Shown: piece by piece, positions 1-10,279 of the stretch
Layout: each line of letters opens with the position of its first letter
Position numbering within the stretch: the first letter of the stretch is position 1
Assembly: GCA_963836205.1 (NCBI GenBank)
Contig: CAWIIV010000001.1
Coordinates: 1 to 54,121 of the forward strand
Source: an uncultured Acidimicrobiia bacterium
GTDB taxonomy: Bacteria; Actinomycetota; Acidimicrobiia; Acidimicrobiales; AC-14
Reading direction: 5' to 3'
Length of the DNA: 54,121 nt
Translations under genes and position numbers: made by a program
Notes under the pieces: model-generated
Database searches by the model: none
What the model was told of the DNA's origin: nothing
What the model saw: the letters and a program-made list of their open reading frames with translations, nothing else

Positions 1-49
1 TGTCGCCCTGCTGCTGGCCCTTCACCGTGAGGTAGGCGTTCAGCGCCAT
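1..49 (-). CDS. hcp: Hcp/TssD-like tube protein, N-terminal 16 codons only (runs off the window)
   Basis: Not in the ORF track. The minus strand reads GAAGGAG (SD) then ATG: MALNAYLTVKGQQQGD, resembling Hcp N-termini (M-x-x-x-AY-L-x-x-x-G-x-x-QG-x-I-x-G). Only 16 aa are visible. Confidence 0.55.
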   Translation of the reverse strand, partial: MALNAYLTVKGQQQGD

Positions 50-76
50 CGCATCTCTCCTTCGCTCTGAGCTGGT

Positions 77-466
77 TCAGTCGTCGATTCGGCCCGCGAA
101 ATGGGCGTCGGCTCCGGGACGGACCAGCTGGTAGACGGCCATGCGCTGGCCGCCGGGGGCCCGGAAGCCGGCACACGGTCCGTGAGGAATCTCCAGCTCG
201 TCGATGTCGGCGATGCCACCCGCCCGCAGGGCCGCCACCGCCTCCGTGTAGTCCGCCACCCGCCAGACGAGGACCGGGTTGTCGCCCTGCAGGTGACCCG
301 AGAGGAGGACGGACGGCCCGTTATCCGACACCCGCAGGCACGCCACCACCGTCCCCATCCCCCGCACCTTCCAGAGCAGCTCCGCCCCAATGGCTGCCAC
401 GTACCGGTCGGCGGTGGCGTCGACGTCGGCCGTCGGCACGTACACGAAGTCGAGGGAGAGGAACAC
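77..466 (-). CDS. VOC/glyoxalase-like protein
   Basis: 129 aa with the VOC pattern: LDFVYVPTADVDAT..., VWRVADY.EAVAALRAGG, EIPHGPCAGFRAPGGQRMAVYQ. Confidence 0.75.
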   Translation of the reverse strand: MFLSLDFVYVPTADVDATADRYVAAIGAELLWKVRGMGTVVACLRVSDNGPSVLLSGHLQGDNPVLVWRVADYTEAVAALRAGGIADIDELEIPHGPCAGFRAPGGQRMAVYQLVRPGADAHFAGRIDD

Positions 467-490
467 CCGGGACCAACGGTATCCGCCGCC

Positions 491-922
491 CTACCGACCG
501 GCCCTGAGGTGGCGAACCCATCGTCGTTGCCACGGGGTCTCGACCGCCCGCCGGTTGTACCGTCGGCGCACCCAGTCGACCGCCTCCGCCGGCGGGACTC
601 CGGCCAGCACGGCCATGCCCGCCAACGCCGTCCCGGTGCGGCCGACACCTCCCCCGCAGGCGATCTCCACCCGCTCCCCCCCACAGCGGCCGTACGCCTC
701 CCGGAGGGCGGCGACGGCGTCGTCGGTGGACGCCGGAGTGCGGAAGTCGGGCCACCGCACCCAACGGTGCTCCCAGGCAAAGGGCCCGGGGTCGCGAGCA
801 AGGAGGTAGAGCGCGAACTCCGGATCGGGACCGTCAGGCGGCGGGTGGCGCAGGCCGCGCCCGCGAACTCGGCGGCCGTCGGGGAGCTCCACCACGCCGG
901 CACTGTCCGCCCACGGGATCAC
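491..922 (-). CDS. Protein-tyrosine/dual-specificity phosphatase family protein
   Basis: CX5R P-loop ACGGGVGRTG, WPDF loop, C-terminal AVETPWQ. Confidence 0.85.
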   Translation of the reverse strand: MIPWADSAGVVELPDGRRVRGRGLRHPPPDGPDPEFALYLLARDPGPFAWEHRWVRWPDFRTPASTDDAVAALREAYGRCGGERVEIACGGGVGRTGTALAGMAVLAGVPPAEAVDWVRRRYNRRAVETPWQRRWVRHLRAGR

Positions 923-950
923 CCGTTCGTACTGGCCGCCAAGGCGAGCC

Positions 951-3404
951 CTACACCACCAGGTTGACGAGCTTCGGCGGGCGGGTGACCACCTTCTTCG
1001 GGGTGCGCCCGTCGAGCGTGGCCTGCACCTTCGACGATGCCAGGGCCAGACGTTCCATCTCGTCGGGCCCGATCCCGACGTCGACCTCCATCTTGTCGCG
1101 GACCTTGCCGTTGACCTGCACCACCATGGTGGCGGTGAGGGCGGCCGCCCGGGCCGCGTCGAACGTCGGCCACGGCAGCTCGTGGATGTGCTCGCCCGGG
1201 TGGCGGCGCTCCCACAGCTCGGCGGTGACGTGGGGCACCATCGGCGCCAGCAGCAGGAGCAGGCTGTCGACCGCGAACTTCACCGACGCCCGCTCGGTAC
1301 CGGCCTGGACGTGCTTGTACAGGAGGTTGGTGAACTCCATGCACGCCGCCACCGCGGTGTTGTACGACCAGCGGGCGTAGTCGTCGCTCACCCGGGAGAT
1401 GAGCTGGTGGGTGGCCCGCTCCAGGCTGCCCGGGGGGCCGGGCGGCGCCGTGCCTTCGGCCATCTCTACCGCTTCCACCTCGCCCATGGCCAGCCGCCAC
1501 ACGCGGGCCAGGTAGCGGCCGGCGCCGTCGATGACGTTGTCGGTCTCCGCTGTCCAGTCGACGTCGTCGGCCGGGGGCCCGACGAACAGGTGGAACAGGC
1601 GCAGGGCATCGGCGCCCACCGTCGAGAAGTACTGCTCGGGGGCGACCAGGTTGCCCTTCGACTTCGACATCTTCGACCCGTCCATCCGGATCATGCCCTG
1701 GGTGAACAGCCGGCCGAAGGGCTCCCGCAGCTCGGGCGGGGCCACGCCCAGGTCGGCCAGGGCCTTGGTGAAGAACCGGGCGTACATGAGGTGGAGGATG
1801 GCGTGCTCGATGCCGCCGATGTACTGGTCGACGGGCAGCCAGCGGGCGGCCATGGCCGGATCGAACGGTGCCGACTCGTTCCACGGGTCGGTGAAGCGGA
1901 GGAAGTACCACGACGAGTCGACGAAGGTGTCCATGGTGTCGGTCTCGCGGGTGGCGGGCTTGCCGCACTGGGGGCACACCGTCTGCAGGAAGCCCTGGTG
2001 GTACTTGAGGGGCGACTCGCCCGTGGGCCGGAACTCGACGTCGTCGGGGGCGACGATGGGCAGGTCGGCGTCGGGCACCGGCACCGCCCCGTGCTCGGGG
2101 CAGTAGACGATGGGGATGGGGCAGCCCCAGAAGCGCTGGCGCGACAGCAGCCAGTCCCGGAGGCGGTAGTTGACGGTGCGCCGGCCGATGCCCTCTGCCT
2201 CCAGCCAGTCGATCGACGTGGCGATGGCGTCGGCCTTTGTCAGCCCGTTCAGCCACTGGCTGTTGATGATCACGCCGTCGCCCGTATAGGCCTCGCCGCC
2301 CCAGCCCTCGGGCCGCCGCACGGTGGGGATGATGGGCAGGTCGTAGGCCTTGGCGAAGTCCCAGTCCCGCTGGTCCTCGCCGGGGACGGCCATGATCGCC
2401 CCCGTGCCGTAGCCCATGAGGACGTAGTCGGCCAAGTAGATGGGCACCTGCTCCCCGTTGAACGGGTTGGTGGCGTGGGAGCCGGTGAACACGCCCCGCT
2501 TCTCCAACGTCCCCTCGGTGGACTGGCGCTCGATGTCGGACTCGCCGCTCACCCGGGCCACGAACTCGTCGACCGCCGCCCGCTGGTCGTCGGTGGTGAG
2601 GTCGGGCACGAGGGGGTGCTCGGGGGCGAGGACGACGTAGGTCATCCCGAAGCTGGTGTCGGGCCGGGTGGTGAACACCCGGATGTTCACGTCCCCCGCC
2701 TTCAGGTCGAACTCCACCCCCTCCGAGCGGCCGATCCAGTTCCGCTGCATGACCTTCACCCGCTCCGGCCAGTCGAGGCCGTCGAGGTCGTCGAGCAGCT
2801 GGTCGGCGTACTGGGTGATGCGGAAGAACCACTGCACCAGGTCGCGCTTGACCACCAGGTCGCCCGAGCGCTCGCACGTGCCGTCGGGGAGGACCTGCTC
2901 GTTGGCCAGCACCGTCTGGCAGCCAGGGCACCAGTTGACGGGAGCCTGCTTGCGGTAGGCGAGGCCGGCTTCGAGCAGGCGCAGGAAGATCCACTGGGTC
3001 CAGTGGATGTAGGCGGGGTCGTGACTGCGGACCTCGCGGCGCCAGTCGTACACCGCTCCGAGCCGGGTCAGGCTGGCCTTGAGCTCGGCTATGCGGGCGT
3101 CGGTGAACTCCCGGGGGTGGACGCCCTGCTTGATGGCCGCGTTCTCGGCCGGCAGCCCGAAGGAGTCGAACCCGATGGGCGAGAGCACGCCGTGGCCCTG
3201 CATGGTGCGGTAGCGGACGTTGAGGTCGCCGAAGGTGTAGTTCCGGACGTGACCCATGTGCGCGGGCCCGCTGGGGTAGGGGTACATGCACAGGACGTAG
3301 AACGGGGGCCGAGGGTCGTCGTTCTCGACCTCGTAGGTGCCCTCGTCCCGCCATCGGGCCTGCCACTTGGCTTCGATTTCCTGGACGTCGTAGGCCTCGG
3401 CCAT
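951..3404 (-). CDS. leuS: Leucine--tRNA ligase
   Basis: MYPYPSGPAHMGH (HIGH), KMSKSKGN, VFTTRPDT and GYGTGAIMAVP editing motifs, C-terminal VVQVNGKVR. Start moved to MAEAYD. Confidence 0.98.
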   Translation of the reverse strand: MAEAYDVQEIEAKWQARWRDEGTYEVENDDPRPPFYVLCMYPYPSGPAHMGHVRNYTFGDLNVRYRTMQGHGVLSPIGFDSFGLPAENAAIKQGVHPREFTDARIAELKASLTRLGAVYDWRREVRSHDPAYIHWTQWIFLRLLEAGLAYRKQAPVNWCPGCQTVLANEQVLPDGTCERSGDLVVKRDLVQWFFRITQYADQLLDDLDGLDWPERVKVMQRNWIGRSEGVEFDLKAGDVNIRVFTTRPDTSFGMTYVVLAPEHPLVPDLTTDDQRAAVDEFVARVSGESDIERQSTEGTLEKRGVFTGSHATNPFNGEQVPIYLADYVLMGYGTGAIMAVPGEDQRDWDFAKAYDLPIIPTVRRPEGWGGEAYTGDGVIINSQWLNGLTKADAIATSIDWLEAEGIGRRTVNYRLRDWLLSRQRFWGCPIPIVYCPEHGAVPVPDADLPIVAPDDVEFRPTGESPLKYHQGFLQTVCPQCGKPATRETDTMDTFVDSSWYFLRFTDPWNESAPFDPAMAARWLPVDQYIGGIEHAILHLMYARFFTKALADLGVAPPELREPFGRLFTQGMIRMDGSKMSKSKGNLVAPEQYFSTVGADALRLFHLFVGPPADDVDWTAETDNVIDGAGRYLARVWRLAMGEVEAVEMAEGTAPPGPPGSLERATHQLISRVSDDYARWSYNTAVAACMEFTNLLYKHVQAGTERASVKFAVDSLLLLLAPMVPHVTAELWERRHPGEHIHELPWPTFDAARAAALTATMVVQVNGKVRDKMEVDVGIGPDEMERLALASSKVQATLDGRTPKKVVTRPPKLVNLVV

Positions 3405-3456
3405 AGGAGATCGATCGTACCGGCGCCCGGATCGGGCACCGCCCCACATCGGCGGT

Positions 3457-5682
3457 GTGACAGGATCCGGGCCCGGTCTGGGGGGGTTCACGTTGGGAGT
3501 CGCAGTCTTCGCAGCCGACCAGGAAGATCGAAGGTTGGTGGCCGAGGTGCGGGCGTTCGTCACCAGCGAGTTGCGGCGGCGCTGCCGTGCCGATCTGGTC
3601 GACGATGCCGTGTTGGTGGCCACCGAGCTGGCCACCAACGCCCTCCTCCACGCCGGGGGGGTCGCCGCGGTCAGCGTGGAGACGGCAGGTGGCGGCGTGC
3701 GCATCGAGGTCCACGACCGCACCCGGATCCCCCCCCTGCTGGCCCGGTCGTCGGAGGACGCCATGACCGGGCGGGGCCTGCGCCTGGTGGGAGCGTTGTG
3801 CACCCGGTGGCAGGCGGAGCCGACGGCCGCGGGCAAGGTGGTCTGGGCCGAGCTCACGGGACGGGCCGCGCCGCCCGACCTCTCCTCCGACGAGCTCATC
3901 GACCTGTGGGCCGACGGGCTCGAGCCGTCCGAGTCGAGCCGGCCCCGCTACCAGGTCGTCCTGGGCGAGATCCCCACCGACCTGCTGCTGGCGGCCAAGT
4001 CCCACGTCGACAACCTGGTCCGGGAGTTCACCCTCGCCGCCCGGGGGGCGGAGTCGGGCGTCACCGGCGCCGTCCCCACCCACCTGGCCTCCCTCATCGA
4101 GGCCGTCGTCTCCCGCTTCGCCGAGGCCCGCCAGGCGATCAAGCGCCAGGCGGTGGCGGCCGCCGACCGCGGGTTGTCGCACGCCAGCCTCCTCCTCAAC
4201 CTCCCCGCCGACGCGGCCGATGCGGGCGAGGAGTACCTCCGGGCGCTCGACGAGGCCGACGCCTACTGCCGGGCGGCCCGGTTGCTGACCCTGGAGAGCC
4301 TGCCCCAGCACCGCGTCTTCCGGCAGTGGTACGTGGGCGAGATCGTCAAGCAGCTGCGAGCGGCGGCCGCGGGCCGGCAGGCACCCAAACTGGAGTCGTT
4401 CGAGCAGCGGCTCCTGCGGGAGGTCGACACCGTCGCCCGCGCCCGCCAGGCCACCGAGCGGGTGGCCCGGCTGTTCGAGGTGTCGGCCGCGCTCGGCAGC
4501 GCCGCCACCACCGAGGCGGTGGCGCAGGCGGTGCTCGAACACGGGGTGGCCGCCCTGGGCGCGTTCGGCGGCGGGATCCTCCTCGCCGGCGACGCCGATC
4601 GGCTGTTGGTCCCCGCCACCGTCGGCTACAACGACGAAGTGGTGGCCAGGCTACGGGCGGAGTCGAAGGACGCCGAGCTGCCGGCGGCCGTCGCCCTGCG
4701 CACCGGCGAGGCGGTGTGGCTGGAGTCGCGCGAGGAGCGTAACTCCCGCTTCCCGCTGCTCAGCGCCCTGGAGCGGAACGCCGTCTCCGCGTGCGCCGTC
4801 CCCCTGGCCATAGGCGGACGGCGACTGGGAGCGCTCCGGTTCAGCTTCGCCGAGCCCCGCCTGTTCGACGAGGAGGAGCGCCAATTCATCCATGCCCTGG
4901 CCGCGCAGACGGCCCAGGCCCTCGACCGGGCCCAGCTCTACGAGATGCAGGCCGACCTGAGCCGACGCTTCCAACGCAGCCTCCTGCCGGGCGACATGGT
5001 GGCGCCGCCGGGCGTGGAGGTGGCGGGCACCTACCACCCGCTGGGCAGCGGCATGGAGCTCGGCGGCGACACGTTCGACGTCTGGTCCCTCGGCCCCGGC
5101 CTGTGGGCGCTGGCCATCGCCGACGCCGCCGGCACCGGCCCGGAGGCGGCGGCGCTGTCGGCCATGATCCGCTTCACCCTGCGGGCGTTGTCGATGAGCG
5201 ACGTCGAACCGGTCTCGGTCATCCGCAACCTCAACCGGGCCCTGTTGGCGGCGGGGGCGGCCGGGGTCGACGGCGAGCGGTTCTGCACCGTCATCTTCGG
5301 CGTGCTGGCCCCGGTGCCGGCCGGCGCCGTCGTCACCCTCGCAGGTGGGGGCCATCCCGATCCGATCGTGCGCTGGGCCGACGACCGGATGGAGGAGGTG
5401 GCGGTGGGCGGTTCGCTGCTCGGCGTGTTTCCCGACGCTCCCGTCGGCACCCGGACGGTGGCGCTCGGCCCCGGGGACACGCTCGTGCTCTACACCGACG
5501 GGGCCCTCGAGGCCCGCCGCGACGGGGTCATGTTCGGGGAACGGGGCCTCCTGGACGCGATCCTGGCCGCGCCCCCGTCCGCCCAGGCGGTGGCCGACGC
5601 CATCGAGGACGCGGTGGTCACCCACGTGGGCGGCACCATGACCGACGACCTGGCCGCCCTGGTCGTGCGGGTCCACCGCTGA
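3457..5682 (+). CDS. RsbW-like HATPase + GAF + SpoIIE/PP2C phosphatase multidomain signalling protein
   Basis: N-terminal ATELATNALLHA...GRGLRLV...GKVVWAEL, central GAF-like region, C-terminal GGDTFD, IADAAG, LYTDG, DDLAALV. Confidence 0.9.
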   Translation: MTGSGPGLGGFTLGVAVFAADQEDRRLVAEVRAFVTSELRRRCRADLVDDAVLVATELATNALLHAGGVAAVSVETAGGGVRIEVHDRTRIPPLLARSSEDAMTGRGLRLVGALCTRWQAEPTAAGKVVWAELTGRAAPPDLSSDELIDLWADGLEPSESSRPRYQVVLGEIPTDLLLAAKSHVDNLVREFTLAARGAESGVTGAVPTHLASLIEAVVSRFAEARQAIKRQAVAAADRGLSHASLLLNLPADAADAGEEYLRALDEADAYCRAARLLTLESLPQHRVFRQWYVGEIVKQLRAAAAGRQAPKLESFEQRLLREVDTVARARQATERVARLFEVSAALGSAATTEAVAQAVLEHGVAALGAFGGGILLAGDADRLLVPATVGYNDEVVARLRAESKDAELPAAVALRTGEAVWLESREERNSRFPLLSALERNAVSACAVPLAIGGRRLGALRFSFAEPRLFDEEERQFIHALAAQTAQALDRAQLYEMQADLSRRFQRSLLPGDMVAPPGVEVAGTYHPLGSGMELGGDTFDVWSLGPGLWALAIADAAGTGPEAAALSAMIRFTLRALSMSDVEPVSVIRNLNRALLAAGAAGVDGERFCTVIFGVLAPVPAGAVVTLAGGGHPDPIVRWADDRMEEVAVGGSLLGVFPDAPVGTRTVALGPGDTLVLYTDGALEARRDGVMFGERGLLDAILAAPPSAQAVADAIEDAVVTHVGGTMTDDLAALVVRVHR

Positions 5683-5723
5683 TCGAGCCCGGCGGGCAAC
5701 CCCGCAGCCTTCCGGCCGGGCGG

Positions 5724-7544
5724 TCAGGGGCAGGGGTCGTCGGGCCCGGCGTCGGCCGGGGGCGGGGACAGCTCGGGGCGGGCGGCCGGCAGCCCCCGGG
5801 CCGCGCCGGCCACCTCGCCGGCCACTTCGCCGGCCAGGTCGTGGGCGAGGTCGCCGGCGGTGGTGGCCGCCGCCTGGAGGACGGCCTCGGCGTCGACGAT
5901 CTCGTAGGCGTAGCCCTGCTCGGCCAGGAACCTCTGGCGGCGGGCGGCGAACTCCTGGTCGTTGGTGTCGCGGGCCACGACGGTGAAGAAGTGGGCCGGG
6001 CGGCCGTCGGCCTTGGGCCGCAGGATGCGTCCCAGCCGTTGCGCCTCCTCCTGGCGGCTGCCGAACGTGCCCGACACCTGGATGGCCACCGACGCCTCCG
6101 GCAGGTCGATGGAGAAGTTGGCCACCTTGGACACGACCAGCACCGGCTCGATGCCCCGGCGGAAGGCGTCGTAGAGCTTCTCCCGCTCGGCCGTGGGAGT
6201 CTTGCCGTTGAGAACGGGGGCCCCCAGGCGCTCGGCCAGCTGGTCGAGCTGGTCGAGGTACTGGCCGATCACCAGCGTGGGTTCCCCCCGCCGGACAGCC
6301 TCCTGGCACAGCACCTCCACCACCGCCAGCTTCGACCGGGCGGTGGCCCCCACCCGGTAGCGCTCCTCCGGCTCGGCCAGGGCATAGGCCATGCGCTCCT
6401 CGTCGGCCAGCGTCACCCGCACCTCCACGCAGCGGGCGGGGGCGATCCAGCCCTGGGCCTCGATGTCGCGCCACGGTGCGTCGTAGCGCTTCGGGCCGAT
6501 GAGGCTGAACACGTCGCCCGCCCGACCGTCCTCCCGCACCAGCGTCGCGGTGAGCCCCAGCCGCCGCCGGCTCTGGATGTCGGCCGCCATGCGGAACACA
6601 GGCGCCGGCAGCAGGTGGACCTCGTCGTAGACGACCAGCCCCCAGTCCTCGGCCGAGAGCACGTCGAGGTGCGGGTACAGGCCGCCCCTGCGGGTGGTGA
6701 GGATCTGGTAGGTGGCGAGGGTGACGGGACGGATCTCCTTGCGCTCCCCGCTGTACTCCCCCACCTCGGCCTCGGTGAGGCTGGTGCGGGCCAGGATCTC
6801 GGCCTGCCACTGGCGGGCGGCCACGATGTTGGTGACGAGGATGAGCGTGCGGGCGCCGGCCCGGGCCATGGCCGCCAGCCCGACCAGGGTCTTGCCCGCC
6901 CCGCACGGAAGGACGATCACACCGCTGCCGGCAGCGATGAAGGCGTCGACCGCCTCCACCTGGTAGGGCCGCAGCTCGAAGCCGGCGTCGGTGCGCAGCT
7001 CGATGGGGTGGGCGGTGCCGTCGACGTAGCCGGCCCGGTCCTCCGCCGGCCACCCGACCTTGAGCAGGGCCTGCTTAAGCCGGCCCCGCTCGCCCCGGGG
7101 CACCCCGTAGGTGTCGGCGTCGATCCGGGGGCCGAGGAGGGGGACGACGGCCTTGGCCCTGACCACCTCGGTGAGCACCGCCCGGTCGGTGCTGCGCAGG
7201 ACGAGCCCGTGGACGGGATCAACGTCGAGCACCAGCCGGCCGTAGCGGGCCATGAGGTCGGCCACATCGATGAGCAGGGCCTGGGGCACCGGGTAGCGCG
7301 ACCAGCGCAGCAGCGCGTCGACCACCTGCTCGGCGTCGTGGCCGGCGGCGCTCGCGTTCCACAGCCCGAGGGGGGTGAGGCGGTAGGTGTGGATGTGCTC
7401 GGGCGAACGCTCGAGCTCGGCGAAGGGGGCGATGTCGGCCCGGCAGGCGGCGCCATCGGGATGGTCGACATCGAGGAGCAGCGTGCGGTCGGACTGGATG
7501 ATCAAGGGCCCGGCCGTGGGTGCGCCGGTGGGATCGATCGGCAT
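5724..7544 (-). CDS. xpb: DNA repair helicase XPB (ERCC3-like)
   Basis: GPLIIQSDRTLLL, FAELERSPEHIHTYR, Walker A LPCGAGKT, DEVH, GSRQEEAQRLGRILRPK. Confidence 0.95.
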   Translation of the reverse strand: MPIDPTGAPTAGPLIIQSDRTLLLDVDHPDGAACRADIAPFAELERSPEHIHTYRLTPLGLWNASAAGHDAEQVVDALLRWSRYPVPQALLIDVADLMARYGRLVLDVDPVHGLVLRSTDRAVLTEVVRAKAVVPLLGPRIDADTYGVPRGERGRLKQALLKVGWPAEDRAGYVDGTAHPIELRTDAGFELRPYQVEAVDAFIAAGSGVIVLPCGAGKTLVGLAAMARAGARTLILVTNIVAARQWQAEILARTSLTEAEVGEYSGERKEIRPVTLATYQILTTRRGGLYPHLDVLSAEDWGLVVYDEVHLLPAPVFRMAADIQSRRRLGLTATLVREDGRAGDVFSLIGPKRYDAPWRDIEAQGWIAPARCVEVRVTLADEERMAYALAEPEERYRVGATARSKLAVVEVLCQEAVRRGEPTLVIGQYLDQLDQLAERLGAPVLNGKTPTAEREKLYDAFRRGIEPVLVVSKVANFSIDLPEASVAIQVSGTFGSRQEEAQRLGRILRPKADGRPAHFFTVVARDTNDQEFAARRQRFLAEQGYAYEIVDAEAVLQAAATTAGDLAHDLAGEVAGEVAGAARGLPAARPELSPPPADAGPDDPCP

Positions 7545-10167
7545 CAGAGAGCGTCCTCCTCGGCTTCGGTGAGTATCCGGACCCACGAGACCCGGCTGAG
7601 GGCGAGGACCCGACTCTCCCATCCCGACAGGAGCTCGACCACCACCTCGCGGCGGCCGACGTCGAGGATGGCGACGTTGAGCTGGGTGGAGTTGCCCTTC
7701 TTGTTGGTGTACGCCATGCGCACCGGCCACTCCTCGACCAGGGCCAGCTCGAGGAGCTCGGCAACCGTGGCCGGGTCGCGGGCGATGCGCTCCGGACGCC
7801 TGCCACCCGACCCGAGGTCGAACGGCGACGGTGGCATCCCCTTCGTGACCAGCTCGGGCAAGGGCAGCGGAGTGGGACCCGGCGAGGGCGACGGCGTGCG
7901 TTTGGGCGGCGGGGTGCGGGTTTGGCGGGTTTGGCGGGTTTGAGCGTGGACTTGGGCTTGGGTGCCGGGGCGGCCGCCGGCTTGGCCAGCCGGGCCGCCA
8001 CCAGGGCGGCGGCCGCGGCCGCGGTGTTGGCCGGGGAAGCAGGCGACGAGTCGGCCGGCGCGAACGGGTCGCCGACGGGGCCGAAGACGGCCTGGTGGCC
8101 AGGGCGGCGGCGGGCGAGCGCGACCAGGCGCGGATGGGGGGTTGCCCGCCGCCGGACCGGCCGGCGCAGGACGAGGCCCCCGTCCCCACCTTCCTCGGCG
8201 GGGGCGTAGCCGGCCTCCCGCAGGGCGGCGAGGACGCTGGCGGCGTCGGCGGAGGCGGCCGCCACCGTGGGCGCGAGCAACCGCAGGCCGAGCTTCTTCG
8301 CCGGCCGCGACGCCACCACCTCGGCCAGCAGGGCGACGTCGTCGCTCCGCAGGCAGCAGGCGGTGGCCATCACCCGCACCTGCCCGAACCGGCGGCCGAC
8401 GTCGTTGACCAGGTAGGTCAGCGCCTGGGGCACGCCCTTGGCTGCGTGGGCCTCGATGAAACCGAGGATGTCGGGCGCGGTGCGGCCCGCCTCGAAGGCC
8501 CGCCGCACCGACGCCTCGGTGAAGCGGAAGACCGCCGCCGCGCCGCGGGACTCCAGGTCGGCCATCGCCTCGAGCTCGGCCTGCACACCGCGCAGCAGCT
8601 CGGCCGGGGCGAGGGCGGTGAGGTCGGCCTGGACCACGAAGTGCGAGGTGGCCGCGGGGACGACCTGACCGAACGCGGCCCGGGCGCCGTCGAAATCGCC
8701 CGTGGCTGCCAGCCGCCCCCACGTGCTGAGGGCGCCCAGGCCCGCCACCCCCAGCAGCTCGCACTCCTCCAGGGTCCAGCCGACGAGCAGCCCCGGGGAG
8801 CCGGGACCGCCCGCCCACAGGGCAGGGGCGTCCCAGGTGGCCCGGGCGAGGACGCTCTCGGCCGTAGCCGTGTGGCCGGACGGAGCCCCGGCCAGGGTGG
8901 CGAGGACGCCCGCCCGGCGGGCGGCGGCGTGGGGCTCGGGCGCCCGCACCAGCAGGGGCGGGATGGGCTTCCGCTTCGGGTCGAAGGCTCCGGCCAGGCT
9001 GACGTGAAGGTCCCACCGCACCCAGGACGCCACCAGGTGGGCCCAGCGGCCGGCGCCGTCGAGCTCGGACCACTGGTCGTAAGCGGGCAGGGGCAGCACC
9101 TCGTCGGACCCCGCGTCGATGCTCACCAGCCCGGCCACCGCCGCCAGCTCGACGACCCGGGCCGTCTCCTTCTCGGAGCGGTCGACTGCCTTGGCCGCCC
9201 GCCGGATCACCTGGATTCCCAATCCGCCCGCCTTGAGCAGCCGGGGACCTTCGGCCGCCCACCCGTCGACGATCGTGGAGACGTCGGCCACCAGCCGCAG
9301 TGCCCGCTCGGCGGCGGCCCGGTCGACGGCGGCTGCCTCCACCGCCTGGAGCGCCAGTGACGGGGGGCTGAGGGCGAGGTCGGGAAAGGCCCGGCCACCC
9401 CGCAGGGCGAGACCGGCCTCCCCCACCATCACCACCGTGTCCCAGCCGACGGGCGCCAGCACGGCCCGGTTGGCCAACCATCCCACCGCGGTAGCATCAG
9501 ACTTGGAGGTGGTGTACATCCCACCCGGGGCGTAGCCCTCGGGGCCCTCGAAGGCGAGGCGGGTGGCGACCTCGGCCACCCCGTCGGGACTGCCGGCCAG
9601 CAGGTCGAAAAGGAGCCCGGGCGTGGACAGGGCATCGGTGATGTTGGCCAGGGTGGCCGCCTTGGTGGATCCCGCCCCTACCCCCAGCCGCTCGGCGCAG
9701 GCGCCCAGGACGACCGCCGGCTGCGCCGCCAGCGCGGCGCGGGCCGGGGGCCCCAGCCCCGCCGGAAACCGGACCTCCACCGGGACCAGGAGCTGCACCT
9801 GGTCCCCGTTGAGACCGATTAGGGCCCGGGCGCACAGCCGGTGGAGGACGGAGGCGAGGTCGGCCGCGGCCGTGGGCGAGGGGTCGTCGTCGACCCCCAG
9901 CACGCCCACCAGGGCCCCGAGCGTGGTCGGCGTGGGGAGCAGGCACAGCGCCTCGATCACCTGCCGGGCGCCGCGATCGAGCGCCTGCCGGCAGGCGTCG
10001 ACGCTCGCCGGCCCAACCGCCCGAGCCGCCAGCTCGGAGAGCGTGCGGGGCGGTGGCTCGACCAGATCGGGCCGCGCCGCGAGGAGGGTGGCGATACCAG
10101 CCTGGTCGAGCCGCCGCAGGGCGTCGAGCAGCGGATGCTCCTCACGGCCTCGGCTGCGGACGGCCAT
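7544..10167 (-). CDS. XPB-associated helicase-associated domain protein (Rv0862c-like) with WYL-like C-terminus; 1-nt frameshift near 7911-7914
   Basis: LLAARPDL, VVQADLTALAP, ESRGAAAVFRFTEASVRRA, VPQALTYLVNDVGRRFG. After a Pro/Lys linker the C-terminus (VRMAYTNKKG...RVLALSRVSWV) continues in another frame and stops at the xpb start. Confidence 0.85.
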
Positions 10168-10279
10168 GGTCCGAGCCAACACGACCTCCCGGGACTCGTC
10201 GATTGGGGTGCTGGGGAAGCGCAGCCGACCGTACCAGCGCCCTGAGACAAGACGGTGGACCTCGGCCCGTCGTCCGGGA

